Positions 17,039 to 26,794 are shown, counted from the first letter of the stretch. The stretch is DNA of 64,000 bases from a virus (IMGVR_UViG_3300048861_000081:3689-67688), one strand, 5' to 3'. Translations and numbers: made by a program. The notes: a model not told the origin generated them from the sequence alone.

Positions 17039-19291
17039 ATGACATCGACCGGGGGCGGCGACCAATTCGCAAGCATGGCGGGCGCGGTTGCGCAGGAACT
17101 TCTAGGGGAACCTAACAGGAAGCTATCGTCGAATGCCGAGCTCCGCTTTGGTAACAAGGGTTCGATATCGGTCGACTTAGTCAAGGGTACTTGGTTCGAG
17201 CACGGAACTGATGTCGGCGGCGGCGTTCTCGCCCTGATCGAGCGCGAGACGGGACGCAAGGGCCGTGATGCGGTCGAGTGGCTGCGCGATCATGGTTTCC
17301 ATGTCGAAGACGACGGGCGCAGCCAGCGGCCGGCGCAACGCGACAGCAATCGCAACTATCGCCCGGACAATGACGGCAGCGATCGTCAGGACAACGGCGA
17401 CGGCCCTCCCTTCCGCGAAACGAAGACCTGGGATTATCACGACGAAGCCGGCAAGCTTCTGTTTCAGGTCGTTCGCATGGAGAACGGCCTTATCGGCAAG
17501 GACGGCAAGCCGGAAAAGACCTATCGCCAGCGGCAACCCGATCAATCGAAGCCCGGCGGATGGAATTGGTCGACGAAGGGCGTTCGCCAAGTCCCCTACC
17601 GCCTTGCCGATCTTATCGAGGCAGTCGGTCAGGATCTCGTCGTTTTCGTCGTCGAAGGGGAGAAAGCGGCCGATCGGTTGCTTGATGAAGGCGTCCCCGC
17701 GACGACCAATGCGCGCGGCGCCGGCAAATGGGTCGAAGAACTGAACGCGTTCTTCAAGGGCGCCCGCGTCGTTGTCCTGGCCGATGACGACCCGCAGGCG
17801 AAGAATGCTAAGACCAACGAATTGAAGTTCCACGACGACGGGCGGCCGGTCTTCGTCGGTATCGACCACGCGAACGACGTCGCCCGGAACATAGACGGCA
17901 TCGCCAAGGATGTTCGCGTCGTCCAACTGACCGACGTCAAAAAGAAAGAAGACGTCGTCGACTGGCTCGATCAAGGCGGTACGGTCGAGAAGCTTTATGA
18001 GATCGCCGCCAAGGCGCCGCGTTACGAGAAGGAGCCATATCGATCGAAGTTCAGGGCCGTCACATGGTCCAATCTCGACGCGCCTGGCCCGGAGCATGAA
18101 TGGCTGATCAAAGGCATCCTGACGCGTGGCGAAATGGGCATGACGGCCGGGCCAAGCCAAAGCGGGAAATCTTTCCTTGTTCTCGACATGGCCCTTGCGA
18201 TTGCTCGCGGGAACGACTGGTTCGGCCGTCGCGTCCGTCACGGCGGCGTCGTTTATCAAGCCGGCGAAGGTCAGAAGGGATTGAAGAAGCGGATAAGGGC
18301 TTACCGCAACTTTAATAGCCTGACGACCGAAGACGATCTTCCGTTCGTTCTCCTGCCATCGCGCATTGATCTCTACAGCAACAACGATCTAACCGAAGAA
18401 TTCATCGCTGAAGTCAATCATTGGGCTTCAACCTTCCCAGTCCCGCTCGAACTGGTCGTAATCGATACCTGGGCGACGGCGACGACCGGCGCTAACGAGA
18501 ACGACGGCAAGGACGTTTCCGTCATCCTTGAACGCTGCGCCCGCATATCGCAGGCGACGAAGGCGGCGGTTCTTCTTGTCCACCACATGAACGCCGAGGG
18601 CGCCAAGGTTCGCGGTCATACATCGATACTTGCGAACCTCGAAAACGTTCTGCTCGTCCGTCAGGTCGATGGGCTGCATGACGGCGACAACCGGCAGATA
18701 CGCGAGGCGGTCGTCAGTAAGAACAAGGACGGTGAAGGCGGTCAATCATTCCGTTTCGTCCTGAAGTCCGTAAAGATCGGGGTCGACGAAGATCTCGAAC
18801 CTGTCACGTCCTGCGTCGTGGCCAGGACGAACGGCGACGGCAGCGACGCACCGGTCCCCGAGCGGGCTCAGATCAGCGACGCCGACGCCATGCTGATCCG
18901 CGCGATCGAGAAGGCGGTAACAGACGGCGGGACGAAGCCGCCGGCCGGGACCGGCCTTCCGCAACACTTGCGCGTCGTTGAATGGAAACAGGTCATGAAG
19001 GCGTACGACAGCATCGCTTTCGACGCCGACGAGACGGAAAACGAAACACCCGAAGCCCGAGAAAAGCGCCTGGCTGCCCGCCGGCAAGCGCTGAAGCGCA
19101 GCGGCGAACGTCTTGTCCGCAAGGGTCTTATTGCCCGCGAAAACCCCTGGGTATGGCTGACCGGCAAAGCGATCAAAGGCTACAGGCGCCAGACCGATAA
19201 CCCACCCCCTGACGATCCGCCTGAAGACAATCGGCCGGCAAGCGCCGCGCTGAATGACGGATTGCCGGAAATGTGGGGGGATGACGAATGA
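17039..19291 (+). CDS. DNA primase-helicase (TOPRIM plus RepA/AAA_25-like helicase)
   Basis: VFVVEGEKAAD and VVLADDD (TOPRIM); GPSQSGKS Walker A; VVIDT Walker B; VHHMNAEG. Confidence 0.92.
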   Translation: MTSTGGGDQFASMAGAVAQELLGEPNRKLSSNAELRFGNKGSISVDLVKGTWFEHGTDVGGGVLALIERETGRKGRDAVEWLRDHGFHVEDDGRSQRPAQRDSNRNYRPDNDGSDRQDNGDGPPFRETKTWDYHDEAGKLLFQVVRMENGLIGKDGKPEKTYRQRQPDQSKPGGWNWSTKGVRQVPYRLADLIEAVGQDLVVFVVEGEKAADRLLDEGVPATTNARGAGKWVEELNAFFKGARVVVLADDDPQAKNAKTNELKFHDDGRPVFVGIDHANDVARNIDGIAKDVRVVQLTDVKKKEDVVDWLDQGGTVEKLYEIAAKAPRYEKEPYRSKFRAVTWSNLDAPGPEHEWLIKGILTRGEMGMTAGPSQSGKSFLVLDMALAIARGNDWFGRRVRHGGVVYQAGEGQKGLKKRIRAYRNFNSLTTEDDLPFVLLPSRIDLYSNNDLTEEFIAEVNHWASTFPVPLELVVIDTWATATTGANENDGKDVSVILERCARISQATKAAVLLVHHMNAEGAKVRGHTSILANLENVLLVRQVDGLHDGDNRQIREAVVSKNKDGEGGQSFRFVLKSVKIGVDEDLEPVTSCVVARTNGDGSDAPVPERAQISDADAMLIRAIEKAVTDGGTKPPAGTGLPQHLRVVEWKQVMKAYDSIAFDADETENETPEAREKRLAARRQALKRSGERLVRKGLIARENPWVWLTGKAIKGYRRQTDNPPPDDPPEDNRPASAALNDGLPEMWGDDE

Positions 19292-19779
19292 TGCATCAAA
19301 TCGAGGATGATGTCTGGACGCCGAAGATTGTCGGCGACTGCCTGATCGATGCGATCAAATGGGCGCAGCACGCCGCAGGTCGGACAGGGCCGGCCGGGGT
19401 CAGATCAGGCATGCCAAGCCTCGCGCTGTCGTCTGACGAACGGGCGTTTGAAGAATGGCCGTCGCTCGCCGAGATTGAAGAATTCGAAGAACCGAAGGTC
19501 ACGCGACGATCGCTGTCGCCCGCCAAGGTCTCGCAGATGGAGCGTATCCTTGCGTGGCCGTCGCAATACCTCGTCGACTTCAACAAAGACGACAATCCGG
19601 TTTCCTGGGCGGTCTTCCGCGCGTGGGTCCGCTGCAAGCTGACCAAAGGCGTCAGCTTTGAAGAATGCTGCAAGGTCAACGGGTGGAGCCGGGCTTCTGC
19701 CTATCGGTTGCGCGATCACGTGCTTTCGAAGATCGCGATCGGCCTGACGAACGATGGAATTTATAGGGGCAAGCATTGA
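19288..19779 (+). CDS. DUF6362-like protein, candidate late-gene regulator
   Basis: WTPKIVGDCLIDAI start and C-terminal HTH-like GWSRASAYRLRD; position after replication genes (Q-like). Confidence 0.55.
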   Translation: MMHQIEDDVWTPKIVGDCLIDAIKWAQHAAGRTGPAGVRSGMPSLALSSDERAFEEWPSLAEIEEFEEPKVTRRSLSPAKVSQMERILAWPSQYLVDFNKDDNPVSWAVFRAWVRCKLTKGVSFEECCKVNGWSRASAYRLRDHVLSKIAIGLTNDGIYRGKH

Positions 19780-19979
19780 GCAATACATCGATTTTCATTC
19801 GACGCGCCGGCATGTCGACGATGCAAGTCCGCGTCTTTCGCCGCCGGCCTTGGCAGATGCGGGCAGCGCGGGGGATGCGCCGGGCCGGCCATCCCGTCCA
19901 TGTCGTTTGCTACTCGCTTGGCATCAAGCGCGATCGCCTGACGGCAGCGATCGGTCCGCACGCGTTCTTCAAGTTCTAG
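19776..19979 (+). CDS. Hypothetical protein
   Basis: Fills the gap in the operon; start uncertain. Confidence 0.4.
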   Translation: MSNTSIFIRRAGMSTMQVRVFRRRPWQMRAARGMRRAGHPVHVVCYSLGIKRDRLTAAIGPHAFFKF

Positions 19980-19989
19980 GGCAGCGACC

Positions 19990-20652
19990 ATGTTGCGCGA
20001 AAACGAAGTAATGCGGGTTCTGGTCGCATGCGAAAAGTCTGGCATCGTCCGCAGGGCGTTCGCCGCTCTTGGTCATGATGCCTGGTCTTGTGACATTCTG
20101 CCGAGCGAGGACAGAAGCAACAAACATATCGTCGGCGACGCCCGCGATTACCTATCTGACGGATGGGATTTGCTGATCGTCGCCCATCCGCCTTGCACGC
20201 GCCTATGCAATTCCGGTGTGCGCTGGCTATCGGTTCCGCCGCCGGGGAAGACGTCCGACCAGATGCATGCCGAGTTGCGCGAAGGCGCTGCGCTGTTTTC
20301 TGCGTTCTGGAACGCGCCGATCATGCGCATCTGTGTCGAAAACCCGGTCATGCATCGTCACGCGAAGGCGCTGATCAAGAACTATCGAGAGCCGACGCAG
20401 TCGGTTCAGCCGTGGCAGTTCGGGCACGGGGAAACGAAACGCACTTGCCTGTGGCTGAAGAACCTCCCGCCATTGGCGCCGACGAAGATCGTCGAAGGCC
20501 GCGAAGCCAAGGTTCACCGTCATAGCGGGTGGGGGAAGGCGGCCAAAGAGCGGGCAGTGAACCGTTCGCGGTTCTATCCAGGCATCGCCGATGCAATGGC
20601 CGAACAATGGGGACGGCATCATCAGCCGGACCTTTTCGAGAAGATTGCCTGA
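19990..20652 (+). CDS. Short C5 DNA cytosine methyltransferase-like protein
   Basis: VLVACEKSG (motif I-like), HPPC (IV), VENP (VI), QPWQFGH..KRT (VIII). Confidence 0.75.
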   Translation: MLRENEVMRVLVACEKSGIVRRAFAALGHDAWSCDILPSEDRSNKHIVGDARDYLSDGWDLLIVAHPPCTRLCNSGVRWLSVPPPGKTSDQMHAELREGAALFSAFWNAPIMRICVENPVMHRHAKALIKNYREPTQSVQPWQFGHGETKRTCLWLKNLPPLAPTKIVEGREAKVHRHSGWGKAAKERAVNRSRFYPGIADAMAEQWGRHHQPDLFEKIA

Positions 20653-20708
20653 TGCGGTCAGGGCGGCCGCATTCATTTTTCAAGTTGTAAGTATGGAGAC
20701 ATCGAGCA

Positions 20709-21020
20709 ATGGTCGACCCAGCAGGCATCGAACATATCGAGACGTTCGGAGAAGGGGACATTGTGCCGGAGTGGTTAATCACCATCGACCCGGCCAAGGC
20801 GCAGACCGAAAAACTTGAACTGCGGTTCTCATGCGCAATTGCAGTAGTAAAAGCTTGGGGTGAATTCTGGTTGATCCCTGCGGAAACCGCGACGCGAAGC
20901 TTAATAAAGGGGAATGGATATGGCGGGGATTACAGTATCCGGGCGACGGAAATCCCGCTTGTTATGCCATTGAGATTTCAAATTATGGGGCGCCCTGGCG
21001 GCGTAACAATGACCCTTTGA
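20709..21020 (+). CDS. Hypothetical protein (lower GC)
   Basis: GGAG upstream; 103-aa ORF. Confidence 0.5.
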   Translation: MVDPAGIEHIETFGEGDIVPEWLITIDPAKAQTEKLELRFSCAIAVVKAWGEFWLIPAETATRSLIKGNGYGGDYSIRATEIPLVMPLRFQIMGRPGGVTMTL

Positions 21021-21080
21021 GCGAGTGTCAGATCGTATGAAATAGTATCTTCTTTGAGGGTTAGATGATTTAATTGCAGC

Positions 21081-22142
21081 ATGGCCAAAGCCCCGCGAAA
21101 GACTTCAAAACCGCTGCTTCAGGACGACAAGCCGTTGCGCGGCGCCGTCCGAAAGCCGCGCGACCCACATCAACCGAGACTTCCTTTCGATCCCATGCCC
21201 GCCCGGATCGATCCTTGCCTTGCTGCGCTTGCAGCAAAGCCGCCGAAGGGCGATCAGTGGTCGTTCGAAGTAAAATGGGATGGCTACCGCCTGGCTGTTC
21301 ACATCGAGCCTACAGGCGTTCACATCCTGACGAGGGGCGGTCATGATTGGACAGACCGTTTCCCGGCGATTGCCAGATCGGCCCGAGCCATCGGCGGCAC
21401 AGCGATCATTGACGGCGAAGCGGTAGTCCTCGACGAGCAGGGCCGGCCAGATTTCGGCGCGTTACAGCAAGCCCTCGGCGGTCGCGGCGGAAAGCGAAGC
21501 GCGGACTTTGCGGTCCTATATGCCTTCGACCTTCTTTATTTCGACGGTCATGACCTGCGAAACATGGAGCTCCATGAACGCCGGGAACTTCTTGCGGCTG
21601 TCATTAAGGCCGGGGATGAAGCCATACGCCTATCGGAAGATGTCGACGCCGATGGCGACCTTCTTCTCGCGGCGGCTTGCGAGCATGGTCTTGAAGGCAT
21701 CATCGCAAAGCGCAAAGACAGACCGTATCGATCCGGTCGCCTGGGCGATTGGTTGAAAATCAAATGCATCCAAAGCGACAGTTTCTTCATCGTCGGATAT
21801 GAGCCGTCGTCGGCCGGCTTCGGCGGGGTCGGTCGGCTATTGCTCGCGGCTCGAAAGGGCGATGATCTTGTTTACGTCGGCGGCGTCGGTACGGGGCTAA
21901 ATGAGCGGTCGGCGGCTGAACTGCGCGACATGATGTCGAGGCTGATAATAAAGAAGCCGTCGATCGGGATTAAGCGGTCAGGTGCGGTCTTCATCCAGCC
22001 GACGTTGATAGCCGAAATCAAATATCGGGGTTGGACGAACGACGGGAAGCTTCGCCATTCGTCCTATAAGGGGCTTCGCGAAGCCCAGGACAATGCAGCG
22101 GTTCTTGACGTCGACAGCATCGAAGACTTCAGGAAAAAATGA
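21081..22142 (+). CDS. ATP-dependent DNA ligase, LigD-type ligase domain
   Basis: FEVKWDGYR (KxDG), IIDGEAV, YAFDLLY, LEGIIAK, WLKIK, C-terminal OB fold with LRHSSYKGLR. Confidence 0.93.
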   Translation: MAKAPRKTSKPLLQDDKPLRGAVRKPRDPHQPRLPFDPMPARIDPCLAALAAKPPKGDQWSFEVKWDGYRLAVHIEPTGVHILTRGGHDWTDRFPAIARSARAIGGTAIIDGEAVVLDEQGRPDFGALQQALGGRGGKRSADFAVLYAFDLLYFDGHDLRNMELHERRELLAAVIKAGDEAIRLSEDVDADGDLLLAAACEHGLEGIIAKRKDRPYRSGRLGDWLKIKCIQSDSFFIVGYEPSSAGFGGVGRLLLAARKGDDLVYVGGVGTGLNERSAAELRDMMSRLIIKKPSIGIKRSGAVFIQPTLIAEIKYRGWTNDGKLRHSSYKGLREAQDNAAVLDVDSIEDFRKK

Positions 22143-22167
22143 AGAGCCCGCCTATTTGGCGGGCTCT
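22143..22167. terminator. Hairpin between convergent genes
   Basis: AGAGCCCGCC-TATTT-GGCGGGCTCT. Confidence 0.6.
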
Positions 22168-22415
22168 GTAACTTCTACGACGATCTTGCATCCGATCGCC
22201 TGGGCTAAAAAGACGACGTCAAGCATCGTCGGCAAATGTCGCCCGCTCTTCCAACGCGACACGCAAACATCTGTCCTGTCGACCCGGCGGGCTAATTCGT
22301 TCATTGCGATGCCCTTTTGATGGGCGATCGTGAAGAGTTCCCGCAGGATAGGGTCGGCGGTTCTAATGGCGTTGCGGCCGCGCGGTTCCGGCCCGCGCGC
22401 TCTAGAACGTGGCAT
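22152..22415 (-). CDS. XRE-family HTH regulator
   Basis: AMNELARRVDRTDVCVSRWKSGRHLPT...LAQAIGC. Confidence 0.85.
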   Translation of the reverse strand: MPRSRARGPEPRGRNAIRTADPILRELFTIAHQKGIAMNELARRVDRTDVCVSRWKSGRHLPTMLDVVFLAQAIGCKIVVEVTEPAK

Positions 22416-22419
22416 CAGG

Positions 22420-23298
22420 CTATTCCTTGTTGGGCTCGCCTGGTATGGAGGCTAGAAGCTTCGGGTGCCAATGATTGCGCTCTTTGGCGTTCCAGACGCG
22501 AGGCGCGCTGCAACTGCCGCCAGCAGATAGATAGGCCGGAGAGCAAGGCTCCCACTGATCAGGATCTATCACGCGCATTGCGTCGGCATCCGGCTCGGCC
22601 ACCGGCTCTTGCACTGCTGCGGGTTGTGGGGAGGCGTAGACAAGAGCGGAGCGGTCTTCGTCCGTGACCCTCGTCACCGTTTTCCCTTCAGCTTCCCACC
22701 TTTCCTTGTTGAAATAGCTGGACGTATACGCGGGAACGCCCTTGATCTCCGTGCGCCACCAAGTGCTTTTGTTGTGAGCCGCCACCGGCTCCTGCGCCAC
22801 CGTACCGGCTGGGCCTATGGCTTCGGCCGCTTCCGCAATCGTCCCGAACCTGCCATCTTCGAATTCGTCGGGGAAACGCCCGTAAAGCTTTCCGCCGTCC
22901 TCGGCTTGATAGACCGTGATCTTTGTCCCTTCGAAGATCCGAGAATACGGCCATTGTTGGAGGACATCATGGTCGGGCTTGGCAAGCTGAAATTCAAGTT
23001 CGCCGAGAACCTTGTAGAACGTGCCGCGCTTCAGATGCTTGACGCGCCGGAAGCTATCGAGCTTGGCGACTAGTTCTCGTTCGCGGCCGACGAGATAGTC
23101 GACCCGATCACGAAGGGCTCGGTTCTCGATGGTCAATTCATCGACTTCGTCCTGGCGAAAGCGATGGCTTTCGGATTTAGCGAAGACGGCTTCGACGCCT
23201 GCGACGATCAATGTTGTTTCTTCATGCGGCGATCGCGCCCTATTCCGCGCGTCGACGACGGCTTGCATAAGCCGCGCCGAGATATCATGTGTCTGCAT
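22420..23298 (-). CDS. Mosaic phage protein with DUF1653-like segment and QEPVA repeats
   Basis: VKHLKRGTFYKVLG...VYQAEDGGKLYGRFPDEFEDGRF; two QEPVA motifs. Confidence 0.6.
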   Translation of the reverse strand: MQTHDISARLMQAVVDARNRARSPHEETTLIVAGVEAVFAKSESHRFRQDEVDELTIENRALRDRVDYLVGRERELVAKLDSFRRVKHLKRGTFYKVLGELEFQLAKPDHDVLQQWPYSRIFEGTKITVYQAEDGGKLYGRFPDEFEDGRFGTIAEAAEAIGPAGTVAQEPVAAHNKSTWWRTEIKGVPAYTSSYFNKERWEAEGKTVTRVTDEDRSALVYASPQPAAVQEPVAEPDADAMRVIDPDQWEPCSPAYLSAGGSCSAPRVWNAKERNHWHPKLLASIPGEPNKE

Positions 23299-23439
23299 AG
23301 TCCGTTCCTACGGGCGGGATTGCCCGCCTATGCGGCCCACAGGCGGCCGAATAGGTTGACAATCTATGCGAATGGGGGCGTTCCCCGTCTGCGGATCTCG
23401 CGCTAGGGTGACGGCCACTAAAAGATAACGGGGGTTTGA

Positions 23440-23745
23440 ATGCGCCTGATCTATATCGCGGCTTTCGCCGCCGTCGTCGCAACGCCGGCGATCGCACAGG
23501 ACATGGATGCTTTCCAGCAAGCGGCGACGATGCTTGTCGCCAACGAACGATGCGGCGACGTCTTCCCGAAAGACATCGCGAACGGCCTGATCCTGACGAC
23601 GTCGATGAAAACGGGGACGAACCTTTACGAGAATAGCGAAAAGGTTTCGAAGATCGCCGACAACATCCGCGCGCATCTGACGGCAGAACGTCAGCAAGAA
23701 TTCTGCGATTGGACGAAGGCGGCAGCCGCGACGATGGGGAAGTGA
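23440..23745 (+). CDS. Exported protein with Sec signal peptide (moron-like)
   Basis: MRLIYIAAFAAVVATPAIA|QD; two Cys; opposite orientation to flanking operon. Confidence 0.7.
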   Translation: MRLIYIAAFAAVVATPAIAQDMDAFQQAATMLVANERCGDVFPKDIANGLILTTSMKTGTNLYENSEKVSKIADNIRAHLTAERQQEFCDWTKAAAATMGK

Positions 23746-23750
23746 CCAAG

Positions 23751-24023
23751 TCAATTCTTCGCCTCCGCAAGCTGCGCATGCCATTCGATCATGCGGGCGA
23801 CACACGGGTCGCCGGGCGCGAAGCTTTCCAGCAGGACGGCTTGCCTATGGAGGATATCGATCTGCGCCGAGCGATCGCGCTGGCGGCGCACAACCATTGC
23901 AAGGAAGGTCATATGATCGTCGTCCTTCGGCCCGCATGAACCGCCCGGCGGGATGACCGGCCGATCTTGCGCGGCCGGGTCGTTCAAGTAATCGACGATC
24001 GTCGGGTACATCGGCCGGGTCAC
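23751..24023 (-). CDS. Hypothetical protein
   Basis: GTGA overlap with upstream stop. Confidence 0.55.
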   Translation of the reverse strand: MTRPMYPTIVDYLNDPAAQDRPVIPPGGSCGPKDDDHMTFLAMVVRRQRDRSAQIDILHRQAVLLESFAPGDPCVARMIEWHAQLAEAKN

Positions 24024-24244
24024 GAGGCGACCTCGTCCTGATCTTGAAGCGCCTTCAGGAAGAGGGGGCAAGTTTCCTCGACCTGACGGCCCTTGCTGAT
24101 TGATAACCCCGTTTCCTCGTTCAGGATGGCAAGGGCATCGATCAGGCGCGCGCCATTTATCCGCGCATACAGAGCAGGGCGCTTCTTCTCGATATAACTC
24201 TTAAGGGCGGTTAGGTTCGGGCCATGAATTGTCTTGTTTGTCAT
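24020..24244 (-). CDS. Hypothetical protein
   Basis: AGGAG RBS before MTNK. Confidence 0.65.
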   Translation of the reverse strand: MTNKTIHGPNLTALKSYIEKKRPALYARINGARLIDALAILNEETGLSISKGRQVEETCPLFLKALQDQDEVAS

Positions 24245-24381
24245 TGAATAGCTCCTAATAAATCCCGCCAAATCCAGACGGAATACGGTTCCCCAACTGT
24301 CGCCAGCGCAAAGCTGATGTAGGCGACAAGAACAAAGGTGGCGGACAGCCCGACCACCAAATCTAAGGCGCTTCTGCTCAT
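24241..24381 (-). CDS. Small membrane protein (46 aa)
   Basis: Manual translation MSRSALDLVVGLSATFVLVAYISFALATVG...; ATGA overlaps at both ends. Confidence 0.6.
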   Translation of the reverse strand: MSRSALDLVVGLSATFVLVAYISFALATVGEPYSVWIWRDLLGAIQ

Positions 24382-24545
24382 TGCAGCGCCGCCCAAATAA
24401 TCAGACAGGCGCCGCCGAGAAATGCGATCGCCCCCGCGATTTCAACCACCGTCCGCGCGAAGATCTCGGCGGGCGTCTCTTTCAGTTCAGCCGGCGTTAT
24501 GAGCTTCCGCCGGGCGCGCAAAATGTCATTATCGATCATGGTCAT
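24378..24545 (-). CDS. Small membrane protein (~55 aa)
   Basis: Manual translation ending EIAGAIAFLGGACLIIWAALQ; ATGA overlap downstream. Confidence 0.55.
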   Translation of the reverse strand: MTMIDNDILRARRKLITPAELKETPAEIFARTVVEIAGAIAFLGGACLIIWAALQ

Positions 24546-24609
24546 CCCCATCCGTTGAAGCCCCTCGGGGCTGATGGTCGATTTGAAAAGCCGGAAAAGT
24601 TCGGAAAAT

Positions 24610-25968
24610 TCAGCGGGCGGCGCGGATCCTCAAAAGACCTGTCGGAACGTTCGTCCCGGCATCGGAAAAGCTCCCGACCGGCAGGTCGCGCCATTCGCCT
24701 TGCAGTTCCTTGTGGTCGTACCAAGCGGTAGCGGGCAGGATTGAAACCAGAACGCCGCCCGGTTTCAGGAACTTCATTGCGTGCAAGACATGCTTGACGT
24801 AGTGCCGGCCGTAGAACGGCGGGTTCATCACGACGAAGTCAAAATCCGGTCTTGGTGCGCACTCAAGAAAGTTGGCGGTCAGTACAGCATGGCCCTTTGC
24901 GCGAGCTTCCGCTGCTCGCCCGGCGTGGTATTCGATCCCGAACGACCTACACCCGCGTTCCTTCACCGCGTCCATGATGCGACCGTCCCCGCAAGACGGT
25001 TCAAGGATGTAGCGAGCGGGCGGCGAAGATCCGTAAGCATAGTCATTCGGCTTGTAGATGCCGGCGAATTCAAGCGCGGCATCAACTACGGGGGCGGGCG
25101 ACCAGTAGAATTGCAGGTCTTTTGCAACATCGGTGCCGGGTCGCAACTGAACGTCGTCATCCTCGGCGTCAGGCAAGACGTCCCCGTAAAATTCAGCCAA
25201 GGCGCGGTTGACGTCGAGAAGTGTATCTTTGTCGAAAAAGACGTGAGCGTTACCGTTCCCGAACTTTCGAACAGTCATCCCGCGCTTCGGCGGAATGAAT
25301 TCTTCATTCTTGCCGTTGCGATAGGCCGTTATTGGGCCGCCATCGAGAACAGCATCCGCGCCGGAATTGTGGGCATCGTTGATAGCGTTCAATTCCGCCT
25401 GATCCATAAGCGGTTGACCGCGATAGGCAGCCAGCGCGTTGACAATGTCCCGAAACTTGTCCCGGCCGTAACTGCCGTATCCATTGAAGCTGCTTAGGAT
25501 TACGCGTTTCGGCAGCCCTTTGACGCCGATTTTCACTTTCGAGTGTGACTTATACGCCGGGTCGAGATCGGCGAATGTCTCGGCCAAACCCCGGAGAATA
25601 TGATAGCGGGGACGGATCAGAAAATCGCCGAATGTAGCCTTCGCATTGTCAAAGGTCAGAGGCGGGGGATTGGCGATCGTCTGATCGAAAAAGCGCTTGT
25701 CCTTCGCGCTAGCGATGCGGTCAATCTGCAAACGGTCATAGATCGCTGTCCATGCTGATCGAAGCAAATTGCTTCGCAGCTCCGTTGCATAGACATACGG
25801 GCGATGACGCGTGATTGGGCCGATGAACCGGCCCTGAACCGTCGCGGCCATTTCAAGGCGCCGATAGGCAGCTTCGAAAGCGCCGATCTCGTCTTCTATC
25901 GCTGCGTTTTTCTGGTCGTATTCGTCGATCATATCGAGAACGGTTCGCTGTGCGACGGGCAGGTTCAT
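24610..25968 (-). CDS. DUF4942-domain class I SAM-dependent (amino, probably N6-adenine) DNA methyltransferase
   Basis: ILEPSCGDG (motif I), VVMNPPF (motif IV); N-terminal region with FGNGNAHVFF resembles DUF4942. Confidence 0.85.
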   Translation of the reverse strand: MNLPVAQRTVLDMIDEYDQKNAAIEDEIGAFEAAYRRLEMAATVQGRFIGPITRHRPYVYATELRSNLLRSAWTAIYDRLQIDRIASAKDKRFFDQTIANPPPLTFDNAKATFGDFLIRPRYHILRGLAETFADLDPAYKSHSKVKIGVKGLPKRVILSSFNGYGSYGRDKFRDIVNALAAYRGQPLMDQAELNAINDAHNSGADAVLDGGPITAYRNGKNEEFIPPKRGMTVRKFGNGNAHVFFDKDTLLDVNRALAEFYGDVLPDAEDDDVQLRPGTDVAKDLQFYWSPAPVVDAALEFAGIYKPNDYAYGSSPPARYILEPSCGDGRIMDAVKERGCRSFGIEYHAGRAAEARAKGHAVLTANFLECAPRPDFDFVVMNPPFYGRHYVKHVLHAMKFLKPGGVLVSILPATAWYDHKELQGEWRDLPVGSFSDAGTNVPTGLLRIRAAR

Positions 25969-26420
25969 TTGTCGCCGCCTTCCATGCCGAAGCCGTCGAT
26001 ATCCCCGACCGGCGGGACGGCGTCGAACATCGCCCTTAAGCCGCTGTCGACGATCGCAGGGCGCGAAAGATTAACGGCGATGCCTGCCCCCGTGGTCATC
26101 TCGGCGATCTTAGCGAGAGCAGCCTGGGCAACCGCTTCGTCGACCGCGAACCCTGCTGCCTTTTGATGAAGCGGCAGTTCCGCCTTGATCGCAGCGTCAA
26201 TCGCGGCCTTGATCGTCGGTATCAGCTTACGGCCGACGTTCTTCGATATCGGCCGGCGCTTCGCCCCGGTCGTCACATAAACAAGGTCGCTGTTCGGGTA
26301 GGTCGTCGCCCAATAGGTGGCGCCGTCCTTCTTCGGGGTCGACGGGAAATTGATCCGCCATGACGTCCATGATGGATATTGCGACACGCGGGTCGCGGTC
26401 GGGTTCTTCTTCTTGGTCAC
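25965..26420 (-). CDS. Hypothetical protein
   Basis: GTGA/ATGA overlaps. Confidence 0.6.
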   Translation of the reverse strand: MTKKKNPTATRVSQYPSWTSWRINFPSTPKKDGATYWATTYPNSDLVYVTTGAKRRPISKNVGRKLIPTIKAAIDAAIKAELPLHQKAAGFAVDEAVAQAALAKIAEMTTGAGIAVNLSRPAIVDSGLRAMFDAVPPVGDIDGFGMEGGDK

Positions 26421-26794
26421 AGCCCGCCCCCGATCTTGCCGAAGGGCAGGAAGACGGCTTCGACATTGTTGTATCCCGGCCCGTCATCAGCGTTCATGCG
26501 CTTGGCTTCAGCGCGGGCGCTGGCTCCATCGGGGAAGCAATTGACGATATGGCTATCGCCAGGATTGGTGTGGCGCTCGACGATCCAAACGCCGGGCTTG
26601 CCGTCTTCGCCTTCTGCCGGCGGTTCCTGATCGAGCCAGAAATCATAGTGGCGCCAATAGATACGCGGAGCATGAAAAGCCTGATCCTTCGTATCCGACT
26701 TCTTCGTCTCGATGTACTTCTCGGCCTCTGCTTCGGTCGAGCAGATGCCGGCGGGGTAGTCGTTCCCCATGATGACAAACATCTTCTGAGCCAT
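26417..26794 (-). CDS. Hypothetical protein
   Basis: Operon continuity; start set at MAQK. Confidence 0.6.
   Translation of the reverse strand: MAQKMFVIMGNDYPAGICSTEAEAEKYIETKKSDTKDQAFHAPRIYWRHYDFWLDQEPPAEGEDGKPGVWIVERHTNPGDSHIVNCFPDGASARAEAKRMNADDGPGYNNVEAVFLPFGKIGGGL

Noticed and set aside
22152-22415. XRE genes (here and 6842-7093) as antitoxins of TA modules
   Set aside because: No adjacent recognisable toxin family
23356-23361. Perfect TTGACA upstream of the secreted moron
   Set aside because: No credible -10 element at 16-18 bp, so not called as a promoter
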